Shown: positions 1 through 9,634 of the stretch, piece by piece
How the letters are laid out: every line of letters begins with the position of its first letter
How positions within the stretch are numbered: the first letter of the stretch is position 1
Position numbers and translations under genes: made by a program
Source of the DNA: an uncultured Acidobacteriota bacterium
GTDB taxonomy: Bacteria > Acidobacteriota > UBA6911
Assembly: GCA_963827655.1 (NCBI GenBank)
Contig: CAWHCF010000004.1
Location: forward strand, 96,001-160,000
Reading direction: 5' to 3'
Length of the DNA stretch: 64,000 bases
Notes under the pieces: generated by a model
Seen by the model: only the letters and a program-made list of their open reading frames with translations
Told to the model about the DNA's origin: nothing
Databases searched by the model: none

Positions 1-173
1 GGGGAGATAACCGGTCCGAATTCGGCGGGCATGCCCACTTTTTGAATCTGAAGAAGTGGATTAGCCAGGCGTATTACAGTTCTGAAATGGGCATGAAAGA
101 GCTGGGTTGGGACGATAACGTCTTTCACGGCGATTTCGAAGGTTGTTCTCATCCGCAGGATAGCCACAAGTAG
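1..173 (+). CDS. gluconate 2-dehydrogenase subunit 3-like protein, 3' fragment (cut by window edge)
   Basis: Frame from position 3 reads ...HFLNLKKWISQAYYSSEMGMKELGWDDNVFHGDFEGCSHPQDSHK* (TAG 171-173); YYSSExGxxELGW and the GC tail are typical; lies directly upstream of a GMC oxidoreductase. Confidence 0.75.
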   Translation, partial: GDNRSEFGGHAHFLNLKKWISQAYYSSEMGMKELGWDDNVFHGDFEGCSHPQDSHK

Positions 174-209
174 CTCTGGCTTTGTGATCAGTTTCTGAGG
201 AAGTCTAAA

Positions 210-1889
210 GTGTATCAGGATCCTCTGACCAAAACTTACGATGCGGTCGTGATCGGCTCCGGGGCAACCGGGGGCTGGGCCGCCAAGCGGCTCTCCGAAG
301 CAGGACTCAAAGTTGCGCTACTGGAAGCGGGGCGGAAGATTTCTTCGGAAGAATTCACCGAGCACATGCCCGCCTACAAGTTGGAATTCCGTAATCTCAC
401 GCCGGAGATGGTGCGAACGCGGCCGATCCAGAAGATGTGTTACGCCTGCATGGAGTACAACTACGACTGGTTCGTCGACGACCTGCAGAATCCTTACAGC
501 ACTCCTCAGGACAAGCCCTTCACCTGGCAGCGCCTCCGCGTTCTGGGCGGTCGAACCCTGGTCTGGGGACGGCAGAGTTACCGGCTGAGCGATCTGGATT
601 TCAAAGCGGCCAGCCTGGACGGCTACGGCGAAGATTGGCCTTTTTCCTACCAGGACCTTGCGCCTTACTATGATCTGGTGGAGCGATATGTCGGGATCAG
701 CGGCGCTCTCGAGAAGAACGACGCGCTTCCCGACGGTCAGTTTCTGCCGCCCATGAAAATGACCTGCGGCGAGTTGCTGCTGCGCGATCGGGTCCAGAGT
801 AAATTCGGCCGCACCGTAACCATCGGGCGTACCGCCATTCTGACCAGGGGTCACAATGGCCGCGCCGCCTGCCATTACTGCGGTCCCTGCGAACGCGGCT
901 GCGTGACCTTCTCGTATTTCAGCAGCCCCTTCACCACGGTCGCCGACGCGCTCAAGTCGGGCAACTGCACTCTTATTACCGACGCCGTGGTCCGCCACGT
1001 CGATGTCGACAAGAAGGAAAACCGCGCCCGGGGCGTAACCTACGTTGATCGGAACACTCGCAAGACGTATCAGATTTCCGCACGCTCCGTGATCTTGTGC
1101 GCGCAGGCGCTCGAATCGACACGCATCCTGATGAACTCGAAGACCGAACAGCACCCTGGCGGGGTGGGGAATTCCAGTGGATTGCTCGGACGATTCCTGA
1201 TGGATCACGCCGTGGGCGCCGGAGCCTCGGGAGACCTGGCGATCGATTTCAAGAAATCGGCCGCCGATCCGAATCGTCCGAACGGTGTCTACATAATCCG
1301 GTTTCGGAATCTGAAGGGAGGTCCGCGCCACCCGCGCTTTATTCGGGGTTACGGGTTTCAGGGAAGAGCCGGGCCCAACTTCGATTTCGATGCCGAAGGC
1401 TTCGGAGCCGGTTACAAGCACGCGGTCAAGAAGGGTGAATATGGAATCCGGTTAACCGGTTTCGGCGAATCGCTTCCGCGCCCGGACAACTACTGCGAAA
1501 TCGATTCCACGCTCAAGGATGCCTGGGGCATACCGGCGCTTCGCATTCACATGACCCACGGCGATAACGAGGTTGCTCTAATGGAGGACGCAGCCGTGAC
1601 GGCCGCGGAGATGCTGGAGGCTGCCGGCGCCCGCAACATCGTAGTCAACTCCAAGCTCGCCATGCCCGGAATGGCCATTCACGAAGTTGGGACCGCGCGC
1701 ATGGGGCAGGACCCCAAGAAATCAGTCCTCAACCCGGTCAACCAGACCCACGACATCGCGAATCTTTTTGTCATGGATGGCGCCTGCTTCGCTTCAAGCG
1801 GATGTCAGAATCCGACCCTGACCATGATGGCGATCACAGTCCGCGCCTGCGATCGCCTGATCGAGCGATTCAAAAAGAACGAGGTCTAG
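210..1889 (+). CDS. GMC family FAD oxidoreductase (sugar/glycoside dehydrogenase large subunit)
   Basis: [12 protein letters not shown] motif, [19 protein letters not shown] Fe-S motif, HEVGTARMG and NPTLT catalytic motifs. Confidence 0.92.
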   Translation: MYQDPLTKTYDAVVIGSGATGGWAAKRLSEAGLKVALLEAGRKISSEEFTEHMPAYKLEFRNLTPEMVRTRPIQKMCYACMEYNYDWFVDDLQNPYSTPQDKPFTWQRLRVLGGRTLVWGRQSYRLSDLDFKAASLDGYGEDWPFSYQDLAPYYDLVERYVGISGALEKNDALPDGQFLPPMKMTCGELLLRDRVQSKFGRTVTIGRTAILTRGHNGRAACHYCGPCERGCVTFSYFSSPFTTVADALKSGNCTLITDAVVRHVDVDKKENRARGVTYVDRNTRKTYQISARSVILCAQALESTRILMNSKTEQHPGGVGNSSGLLGRFLMDHAVGAGASGDLAIDFKKSAADPNRPNGVYIIRFRNLKGGPRHPRFIRGYGFQGRAGPNFDFDAEGFGAGYKHAVKKGEYGIRLTGFGESLPRPDNYCEIDSTLKDAWGIPALRIHMTHGDNEVALMEDAAVTAAEMLEAAGARNIVVNSKLAMPGMAIHEVGTARMGQDPKKSVLNPVNQTHDIANLFVMDGACFASSGCQNPTLTMMAITVRACDRLIERFKKNEV

Positions 1890-1978
1890 CAAGCGCGCGC
1901 AGCTAGGTCAAGGCGCAGGTCACGAAGCTGGACCTCTGCCCGCGACGGCTCTCTCGAATAGTCCGCGTTCTTCCTCGG

Positions 1979-2329
1979 CTACGCCTCTGCCAGATCAAGA
2001 ACTTCGCGGAGGGCGTCTCCCACTTGCGCCATCAATGTTTGAGGAAGGCGGGTCAGGGGACCTTCAAGTAGACGTCGGTTATCGATTGCTCTTAGTTGAT
2101 CGATGAGAAGGTCGGACTCTCGACGCAAACGACCCGAGGCGCGGACGCGAATCCGCAGTGGCTCCGCATCCTGCACAAGGTTGGTTGTGAGCGGAATAAT
2201 TAGCGTCGATGGATGTTCCGCGTCGAGCAGAGGCTGAGACTGAACTACCAGCACCGGGCGAGTCTTTCCCGGCTCGGTGCCACGACCCGGGTTTAGATTC
2301 GCCAGCCAGATCTCACCCCGATTAGGCAT
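1979..2329 (-). CDS. PemK/MazF family toxin
   Basis: RGEIWLANLNPGRGTEPGKTRPVLVVQ and IDQLRAID motifs; ATG at 2329 overlaps the antitoxin stop. Confidence 0.9.
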   Translation of the reverse strand: MPNRGEIWLANLNPGRGTEPGKTRPVLVVQSQPLLDAEHPSTLIIPLTTNLVQDAEPLRIRVRASGRLRRESDLLIDQLRAIDNRRLLEGPLTRLPQTLMAQVGDALREVLDLAEA

Positions 2330-2558
2330 CAGGATCTTTTTCCATAGCCGCAAATTCGGCATTCACCCGCATGCTCTCTTTGCGCACTTTTCTTGAAGCT
2401 TCAGCTAACCTCTTGGCTCGAAGCTGCTGGCGGATCTCCTGGTTCATCCTCTCTACCGCTCGACGGATGTATGCGGAACGTGATAGCCGCAAAGCCGCGG
2501 CCAAACGCCGACTGCTTTCCAGCAGGTCATCCGGTAATTTCAGTGATATCGCTCTCAA
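2322..2558 (-). CDS. ribbon-helix-helix (CopG-like) antitoxin
   Basis: 78 aa, ISLKLPDDLL...SRSAYIRRAV RHH pattern; GGAG before TTG start; overlaps the toxin start. Confidence 0.8.
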   Translation of the reverse strand: MRAISLKLPDDLLESSRRLAAALRLSRSAYIRRAVERMNQEIRQQLRAKRLAEASRKVRKESMRVNAEFAAMEKDPDA

Positions 2559-2645
2559 GACTCACTCCATGAATATCGACAGAGAGTATACCACATACAT
2601 ATCTCCGTCGTGTCCGCGATCGTTTGATCGAGCGATTAAAAAAGA

Positions 2646-2712
2646 GTAACCACTGAGACGAAGACGACAAAGATTCTCAGTGTTTCTTCGTGTCTTTGAG
2701 TCTTCGTGGTTA
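2646..2712. repeat. dispersed 9-nt-period repeat (accacgaagacacgaagaaacac family), inverted pair
   Basis: aaccactgagacgaagacgacaaag followed by gtgtttcttcgtgtctttgagtcttcgtggtt. Confidence 0.7.
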
Positions 2713-5700
2713 GTCTCCGCGCAGGGCGGGGAGCAGCGGCGCTCGAAATGCCGTCAACGCCGCCAAAGCCGAAGCTCCCAGTCCGACGATCAACACGGCG
2801 CCGAGCGTGAGAAGCAATGGTGCGACAGGGACCGTCCCTCCCTTCGACATCAGCGCCGGCGCAATCGCCACGAGCGCGCATACCGAGCCGGCCAGCAGTC
2901 CCAGCAGCATGAGCAGCGCGTTTTCCGCCACGATCAAACCGGCGAGAGCTTCCCTTCGAAATCCCACCGCGCGAAGCAGCGCCAACTCGGGCCGCCTTTC
3001 GATCACATTTCTCAGCAGGACGGTGGCAAGACCGATAGTCCCGAGTAGAAGGCCGAGCCCGCCCAAAGACTGAAAAGTCGACAAGTATGTGTTTTCCACC
3101 CGGTGGTAGGCGGCCAGGCGATCGCGCGACTGGCTGACATCGAAGCCCAGATCCGCGAGTCCTTCTTCCAGCGTCCGCGTTACCTCGACGGTTCTCGCGA
3201 GGGGAGCGTCGATCATGAAAAAGCGGTATCCCTCTTGTTCGGGAAAGACGCGCAAGAAATTTTCTTCTGAAATGAGGAGCTCACCCTGAAACAGGCTGTC
3301 TCTCAAGGCAGCCACAAGCCGCAGCCGGATTGACTCCCCGTTGGGGCCCCGAATCACAATCTCCTCGCCCAGCGCCCGCTGGAGGATATACCGGATGGTG
3401 TTGGCATCTCCGATCGCGGGAACGACGGCGTCCCCGGGCCTGGTATTCAGGAGAAGCCAGGGATTCCTCTCTTCCTCGGGAGTTCCAGCTATGGAGTCCT
3501 GGAACGAGAAGCGGCCCTCGGTCAGAAACGCTTTCGGGACGCCCAGAATTCGGGGTTCCTGAGGCGCATAGAGGTTCAGGCAGCTGGCATCGTCTCCGGG
3601 CCGGAATCGAAACCGGGTAAATCGGACTCCTTCCAGCGCGTCGGCTTCGCGAGACGAGAGACTGAGCGCATCTTTTCCTGCTTCGGTGTTCAAATCATGA
3701 AGCACAGGGAGGGCCGACTCGGCGTAAAGCGGGAATCCTCCGGTGCCGGAGGCTTTATCCATCGAAATCTTCCCGGGATCGTGCCTGAAAGCTTCCACCG
3801 ACACGATCACGAAGGTGGCCGAGGCAATCAGAGAGATGCAGAGCAGGCTTCTTCCAGGACGGTAACCCGCGTTGCGAGTTCCGAGATGGAAAACCGCCTT
3901 CCACCCTCTTCCGGCAAGAAGCTTCCGTCGGTCACGGCGCAAGCCCAGCGCGATCGAGCTCAAGAGCGCCGCCAGCAGAAGCGACCCGGCTCCAAAAAAG
4001 CCGCCGGTCTCGGGCACTACTCCCACTAAAGAACCCGTGAGAACCAGAAAGCCGAGAGACCCGGTCAGTATGGCGGCGAACCCGAACGCCCGTCCGCGCC
4101 GGCTCTGCGTGGCGCGCGACTCCAGCACCCCGGCCAGCATGGCACGAGGGGAGTTCTTGCCGACACCCTTCATCGTCAACGCCACGGACAAGATCGCCGT
4201 CAGGATTCCTGCCAGCGGTCCGATCAGGAAAGGCACCCACGAAAGATGCAAGAAGAGCTGGCGCATACCTATTGTCCCCGCCCACGAGGATTGGAGGCCG
4301 ACCAACAGGAGCTTGGCATACACCAGTGAGACAGCAGCGCCCACTAGACTTCCGGCTGCCGAAAGAATGAATCCCTCCATCAGGAAGAGCTTTCGGATGC
4401 GCCAGGCGGTAAATCCAGCGGCCGTCAGCGTGCCGATCTCCTGGATCCGTTGTTCTATGCCAAGACGGAAAAAGAGCGCGGCGAGCAGCGTTGCCGCGGC
4501 GATCAGGAAAAAGCTGAAGTAAATAAAATACTCGCCGAAGTCCGTGCTCCCGGTGGCTGCTTTCAGCCCCTGGGCCTTCACGGCGCTGAGCGTCAATCCG
4601 GATGCTTCGGGGTCAAGCTTTTCGCGCAGCCTGGCTTTGTAGGTTTCCAGAGACTCCGGCCGGAGTCGAATGGCGGTCAGCTTGCCGAATCGAGTTTGCC
4701 AGAGATCCTGACCCTTCGACAAGCTGATGAATGCCTTGGGGACCGTCTTGTAGCGATCCCAGTACTCCTCGTCCTCGGGCCGGATCCGATCGAGGTCGAC
4801 GGGGAAAGGCGGATCCCAGTCGCCCAGGCTGCTCTTTTCCGTAATGCCCGGGAAATCGGGGGCCAGAGCAGGGTCGGCGGCGTCTCCCTGCAAGGCGACG
4901 ATGCCGGCTAGACGAAAATCGGCGCTCCGGGTGACCAGACGGCCTTCGGTTTCCCAGAGGTAATAATCGATCGTGATAACCTCGCCCGGAGACGCCGCCA
5001 GGTGGTCCTGCGCCCATTGATTGAGCCAGATGGAATCGTCGCTGGCGCCGGCCGCTCCCGTGCCCTTGACCAGCCGAATGTCCGCCATGCTCCCCCGGAA
5101 AAGATCGACCGCCGTTATCACGGAGTATGGAATCGATCGCTGTCCGGCTCGGATCGTATTGGCAAGATATGTGTATACGCCCGAAGCCGGGGTCGCCGTC
5201 TGCGATGCCGTGTCCAGGGCGGCGCGCGCGAGTGGATCTTCCAGGACTATCCGATCACTCTCCAGGTAGGCGGCGGATTGAGTCCCGCGCACCTGGAGCC
5301 TCGATCCGAGATCCTCCAAATTGAAGCTTTCCCTCAACGCGCTGCGGAGGTCTTCTTCGTTCGCAGTCGCATCGCGGGCCGAGATCAAGACGGCGTTCAC
5401 AGCCGCATCCTGGTCCAGGTCCGCCTGAAGCCTTGTCAGAGGAACGAAGATCGAGCGAACCGTCGACGGATTGGACCTGAGCGAAAACTCGCCCAGATCG
5501 GACGACGGCACCATGCCGCTGCAGACGAGGCGCACGGTTCGGCCGGTATCATCCCTTCGGCCAAACAGTGACTCTCTGGGTATCCCCTCCTGCCTTTCGA
5601 TTCTCAGAAGGATTGGATCGTCCGGTTGCAGGGAAAGCTCGGCCGCCAGATTTTGACCTAAAAGAGCGTCGCGCTTTTCGGGTGCCTTCATCCAGTCCCG

Positions 5701-6072
5701 GTCTTGAAATTTCCAGAACCTTTGATCAATTCCATAAACGTTGACCTTGTGCGCTCGCTGGCCGGTCTTCTCGTTGATAACGATTCCCTCGAGAACAATG
5801 ATGGGGCATTGGGCGCTGAAGCTGCGCCTGAATGCGCTTCTCGACGCCATAGCCGCCGGAAGTTCCTCGCGGAAAAATCTGTTGGCGGACAGAAGGTAAT
5901 CCGTCTTACCCAGGCGTTGCAGAACCAGGTTGCGCAGGCTCGCTCGCACGGACTCGCCTACCAGCAAGGCTCCCGAGAGAACTCCCACCGCCGTCGCCAC
6001 ACCCAGTACTACCGCCAGGTTGGTACGCCAGAAGAAAGTAAGATTGCGAAACAACAGCCTGCTTGATTTCAT
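2710..6072 (-). CDS. large FtsX/MacB-type ABC transporter permease (duplicated architecture)
   Basis: 1120 aa, two FtsX-like TM blocks (EQRIQEIGTLTAAGF; ERRPELALLRAVGF) each with a large periplasmic domain. Confidence 0.88.
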   Translation of the reverse strand: MKSSRLLFRNLTFFWRTNLAVVLGVATAVGVLSGALLVGESVRASLRNLVLQRLGKTDYLLSANRFFREELPAAMASRSAFRRSFSAQCPIIVLEGIVINEKTGQRAHKVNVYGIDQRFWKFQDRDWMKAPEKRDALLGQNLAAELSLQPDDPILLRIERQEGIPRESLFGRRDDTGRTVRLVCSGMVPSSDLGEFSLRSNPSTVRSIFVPLTRLQADLDQDAAVNAVLISARDATANEEDLRSALRESFNLEDLGSRLQVRGTQSAAYLESDRIVLEDPLARAALDTASQTATPASGVYTYLANTIRAGQRSIPYSVITAVDLFRGSMADIRLVKGTGAAGASDDSIWLNQWAQDHLAASPGEVITIDYYLWETEGRLVTRSADFRLAGIVALQGDAADPALAPDFPGITEKSSLGDWDPPFPVDLDRIRPEDEEYWDRYKTVPKAFISLSKGQDLWQTRFGKLTAIRLRPESLETYKARLREKLDPEASGLTLSAVKAQGLKAATGSTDFGEYFIYFSFFLIAAATLLAALFFRLGIEQRIQEIGTLTAAGFTAWRIRKLFLMEGFILSAAGSLVGAAVSLVYAKLLLVGLQSSWAGTIGMRQLFLHLSWVPFLIGPLAGILTAILSVALTMKGVGKNSPRAMLAGVLESRATQSRRGRAFGFAAILTGSLGFLVLTGSLVGVVPETGGFFGAGSLLLAALLSSIALGLRRDRRKLLAGRGWKAVFHLGTRNAGYRPGRSLLCISLIASATFVIVSVEAFRHDPGKISMDKASGTGGFPLYAESALPVLHDLNTEAGKDALSLSSREADALEGVRFTRFRFRPGDDASCLNLYAPQEPRILGVPKAFLTEGRFSFQDSIAGTPEEERNPWLLLNTRPGDAVVPAIGDANTIRYILQRALGEEIVIRGPNGESIRLRLVAALRDSLFQGELLISEENFLRVFPEQEGYRFFMIDAPLARTVEVTRTLEEGLADLGFDVSQSRDRLAAYHRVENTYLSTFQSLGGLGLLLGTIGLATVLLRNVIERRPELALLRAVGFRREALAGLIVAENALLMLLGLLAGSVCALVAIAPALMSKGGTVPVAPLLLTLGAVLIVGLGASALAALTAFRAPLLPALRGD

Positions 6073-6115
6073 GCCGCAACCAGAATGCCTTGAGTGTTTC
6101 TTCGAATCTTCGCGG

Positions 6116-6799
6116 TTAACTCTCTTCGGTCCGCAGCTTGTTTTCGCTCAAGTAGAACTTTCGCGAGAATCGGTCCGCCAGCTCGAGGTTATGAGTCACC
6201 ACGACGAGAATGGTCCTCTCATTTCGATGAAGGTCGAGCAGGAGGGAAGCGACCGCCTCGGTAGCCGCGCGATCCAGGTTCCCAGTGGGCTCGTCGCACA
6301 GCAGAAGTTTCGGCTTGCGGACCAGCGCGCGGGCCAGAGCGACTCGCTGTCTCTCGCCGCCCGACAGCTCCGAAGGCCTGTGGTGGAGTCTCTGGCTCAA
6401 TCCGACCCGTTCCAGCAGCTCGTGCGCGTAGTTTTCTGCATTGCGCTCGCCGTCATCCGCGACCAGAGTCGGAACCAGCACATTCTCGAGGACCGAAAGT
6501 TGAGGCAGCAGATGGTGATCCTGAAATACGAAACCGATCTCCTTGTTGCGAAACGCGGCGAGGCCTCTTTCATCCAGCAGAAAAGGATTAGACCCGCTCA
6601 GGATCACCGAGCCGCGAGTGGGCGGCTCAAGCGCGCCGATAATATGAAGCAGCGTACTTTTTCCGCTGCCTGACGGACCAACGATGGAAGCGGATTCTCC
6701 GGGTGAAAGAGCCAGGTTGATTTCGGACAGAACCGTGAGGGTGCCGCCGGGGGCAGGGAACTCCTTTGAGAGGTCAATAACCTGGAGCATGGTGGTCAA
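6116..6799 (-). CDS. LolD/MacB-type ABC transporter ATP-binding protein
   Basis: Walker A GPSGSGKS, signature LSGGERQRV, Walker B LLLCDEPTGNLD. Confidence 0.93.
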   Translation of the reverse strand: MTTMLQVIDLSKEFPAPGGTLTVLSEINLALSPGESASIVGPSGSGKSTLLHIIGALEPPTRGSVILSGSNPFLLDERGLAAFRNKEIGFVFQDHHLLPQLSVLENVLVPTLVADDGERNAENYAHELLERVGLSQRLHHRPSELSGGERQRVALARALVRKPKLLLCDEPTGNLDRAATEAVASLLLDLHRNERTILVVVTHNLELADRFSRKFYLSENKLRTEES

Positions 6800-6808
6800 G
6801 ACAAGAGG

Positions 6809-6886
6809 CGGTGACAGGCTCCAAATTGCCGGTTAAGAGAAGCCAAAAAACTTGTGTTTTGCCACGCAATTTGGTGCCTGTCACCG
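6809..6886. repeat. 78-bp inverted-repeat element (REP/MITE-like)
   Basis: cggtgacaggctccaaattgc (6809-6829) versus gcaatttggtgcctgtcaccg (6866-6886): 20/21 complementary. Confidence 0.75.
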
Positions 6887-6890
6887 AATT

Positions 6891-8210
6891 TCACACTAAC
6901 CGCAAAGACGCGGAACGGCGCGTGGCATCGATCAGAGTCTGGTAAACCGAAAGAGCGCGTTGGGCCATCTTTTCGGCGCCGAAATGGGCGCGCACACCCT
7001 GGCTTGCTCTCTGGCTCAGCTCCGTTCTCTTCTCAGGGTTTTCCCAGAGGGAGAGAATTCCTTCCGCCAGAGCGTCTGGATCGTCCGGATCCACAAGGAG
7101 GCCGCCTCCGGTTGTCTCAACGATCTCAGGAAAAGCCCCTCGCCGCGGCTGCACTACCGGCACGCCGTTAGCCATCGCCTCCAGCAGATAGATCCCCTTG
7201 GGTTCGTCATAGGGACTTGGCACCGAAAAAACATTCAAACTGTGAAGAAAGCTGATTTTCTCCTGCCGGTCCAATTCGCCGTGAAACTTGAATTCTTTTT
7301 CCAAACCCCATTCGGATATCTTCCGCTCAATGCCGGCAAGGTAGGGGCGGTATTCCGGAGCCAGGTAACCCGCTGCCCAAAGACGGCCAGGAGGTGATTT
7401 CTTCTTCACGCGCAACCGGCGATAAGCTTCACACAATTCGTGCAATCCCTTCTCGGGAGCGATCCGCGCCAGATATCCGATGGTAAACGGGTCGGAGGAG
7501 TTTTTCTTTTCCGCGCCATGCCCCTCAAGATTAATCCCCAGGGGGACCACATGGATTTTCTTTTCGGGCAAGCCCAGGAAATCCGACATGTAAGAAGCGC
7601 AGTATTCGCTCACTGCGATGAACGCATCGACATAGGCGGCATGCGATCGTATGAGCCGGAGCGACTCGTCACGATGAGACTGAGCGAGCCCTTGAAGGAA
7701 GAGCTCTTCTCCCTGGAGGGTGCAGCATATGGGAGTGTCCATCTGAGCTTTGAATTCCGGCGCCAGGCCCATCAACAGGGAATTCGGGAGATTGATGACG
7801 TCAGGCGATAACTCGCGCTTCAGGAAGAGAGCGAGTTTTTGAATTTCCTTGTGCTGAAAGCCGTCTCCTCCCCTCAACATCGACACTGTCAACGCTCCGA
7901 GATGAGCGGGATCGATCCGAACTCCCCATCGGGTTGCGATATTCAGAATCGCCGGATCATCCCAGAGCCGGTCCAGGAACCACGGAGTCTTGCGGAAGAG
8001 TCCGAGGTGCTGCTGGAGGTAGACGTTGATGCCGCCAAGGAAAACACGTTTTTGGCTGACATTCGCCTCGTCGGTGCGGGTGGGTGTATAGACGGGGATG
8101 AGATGAACTTCATGTCCGGACTTCAAGAGTTGTGCGGCCAGCGCATTATCCCGAAGGCAGCTGCCGCAGTACATCCCACCTGCGCCTGCGGTGATGTAGG
8201 CGATGTTCAT
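6891..8210 (-). CDS. glycosyltransferase family 4 with N-terminal MYCGSC motif
   Basis: GT-B motifs ARIAPEKG and EPKGIYLLEAMANGVPVV; start MNIAYITAGAGGMYCGSCLRD at 8210. Confidence 0.87.
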   Translation of the reverse strand: MNIAYITAGAGGMYCGSCLRDNALAAQLLKSGHEVHLIPVYTPTRTDEANVSQKRVFLGGINVYLQQHLGLFRKTPWFLDRLWDDPAILNIATRWGVRIDPAHLGALTVSMLRGGDGFQHKEIQKLALFLKRELSPDVINLPNSLLMGLAPEFKAQMDTPICCTLQGEELFLQGLAQSHRDESLRLIRSHAAYVDAFIAVSEYCASYMSDFLGLPEKKIHVVPLGINLEGHGAEKKNSSDPFTIGYLARIAPEKGLHELCEAYRRLRVKKKSPPGRLWAAGYLAPEYRPYLAGIERKISEWGLEKEFKFHGELDRQEKISFLHSLNVFSVPSPYDEPKGIYLLEAMANGVPVVQPRRGAFPEIVETTGGGLLVDPDDPDALAEGILSLWENPEKRTELSQRASQGVRAHFGAEKMAQRALSVYQTLIDATRRSASLRLV

Positions 8211-8217
8211 AGAGAGG

Positions 8218-9339
8218 TCAGGGACCGGAGAAGCAATAGAGCGCGCCATCCTGGGAGCCGATCACCAGGACGCCGCCGGATGCTGCCGGCGAGGCCGAGA
8301 GCGGGGCTCCGGCGGTGAAGTCCCAGATTTTTTTGCCCGATGCCAGGTCCAGGACATAGAGATGCCCATCGTTGGATCCCACGTAGACGCGATTCCCGGC
8401 AATCAGCGGCGAAGATTCAATTCTGGCGCGAGTGGTAAAAGTCCAGACTTCCTTCCCGGTGAGTCGATTCAGGCAATGCAGTATTTTGTCCCGTCCGCCC
8501 AGTACCACCCGGTCTTTTGTCACCGCGGCCGAGGAGTAAAAAGGAAAGTTGCGAACCGGGTGGCGGTAGGTCCAGAGCAGAGCGCGTTTCTTGAGATCAA
8601 TGCCGATGACTTCATTCCCGAAGGTGCCCACGTATACCTGGCCATCCCTTATGGCCGGCGAAGCGCCCATGTAAGCGTGGATCGGCAGGGTGAAGAGTTC
8701 CTTGCCGCTGACCACATCAACGGCCCGGAAAACCTCGTCGCACCCGGCTACAAAGATTCGGCCTTCATCGATGGAAGGTGTGCAATGTACCGGCCCGTCG
8801 GTTGTGAATTTCCAGATTAACTTCCCATCGGCAGCCGACAGGCAGTAGAGATTCTGGTCGTAAGATCCGAAATAGACGCGATTGTCATGCCAGTTGGGGG
8901 ACGATTTGATTTCACTCTCAGCCTGAAACGTCCAGCGCGCCTTTCCGGTGTTTGCGTCGACGGCATGAAACACGCCATCGAGGTCCCCGACAAATACGGT
9001 TCCGTTCTGGACGCAGGGCGAAGACTCGGCCACCGGGCCCTTCGTCTTGTACTCCCAGCGGGCCTTGCCGCTGGCCAGATCGACGGCGTGGAGTGTTCCG
9101 TCCGTCGAGCCTACATAAGCTACACCATCCACGATGGCGGCGGACGATTCGATCGATTCTTTCGCCTGGTAGGTCCAGCGCAGCTTGAGAGAGGCGGGCA
9201 GGGGAGTCTCGGAGACGCCCCAGAGCCTGGAGTTTCCACGGAACATGGGCCAGGACCCCGTTCCCGGCTGATTCTGCGAGACCGCTGCCACGTGCAAGAG
9301 CAGAACGAAACCGATTCCGAACAGCGCTCTTCCGACCAT
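8218..9339 (-). CDS. secreted PQQ-like/BamB-like beta-propeller protein
   Basis: Signal peptide, WPMFRGN, repeated SSP...VYVGS.DG.L.A.D..SGK..W blades; start placed at 9339 rather than 9450. Confidence 0.85.
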   Translation of the reverse strand: MVGRALFGIGFVLLLHVAAVSQNQPGTGSWPMFRGNSRLWGVSETPLPASLKLRWTYQAKESIESSAAIVDGVAYVGSTDGTLHAVDLASGKARWEYKTKGPVAESSPCVQNGTVFVGDLDGVFHAVDANTGKARWTFQAESEIKSSPNWHDNRVYFGSYDQNLYCLSAADGKLIWKFTTDGPVHCTPSIDEGRIFVAGCDEVFRAVDVVSGKELFTLPIHAYMGASPAIRDGQVYVGTFGNEVIGIDLKKRALLWTYRHPVRNFPFYSSAAVTKDRVVLGGRDKILHCLNRLTGKEVWTFTTRARIESSPLIAGNRVYVGSNDGHLYVLDLASGKKIWDFTAGAPLSASPAASGGVLVIGSQDGALYCFSGP

Positions 9340-9436
9340 AAGGTTGAGGAATGGTAGCAGAACCAGAGCCAACCACCAAGACGTAGCGCGGCCCTGAGGC
9401 CGCAACCCAAAACGATCAAGAATGCTTGGCCGCGCT

Positions 9437-9470
9437 GAGCTATCAGCCATCAGCGGTCAGCTATCAGCTT
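9437..9470. repeat. short 7-nt tandem repeat (cagctat-like)
   Basis: gagctat cagccat cagcggt cagctat cagctt. Confidence 0.5.
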
Positions 9471-9634
9471 TGGCGACCGGCGTTGCTAGTTTCCGAATGA
9501 GAAATGTTGCTCGACAACAAGATTTCATAGCGGTGTAATACGAAGGCACGAGCTTCGACTTAAGCGAAACTCTCAAACCAACATGTTGTCGTTCGCAAGG
9601 GGCCTTTGTTCGGGGCGAAGTCCCCGAACGAACC

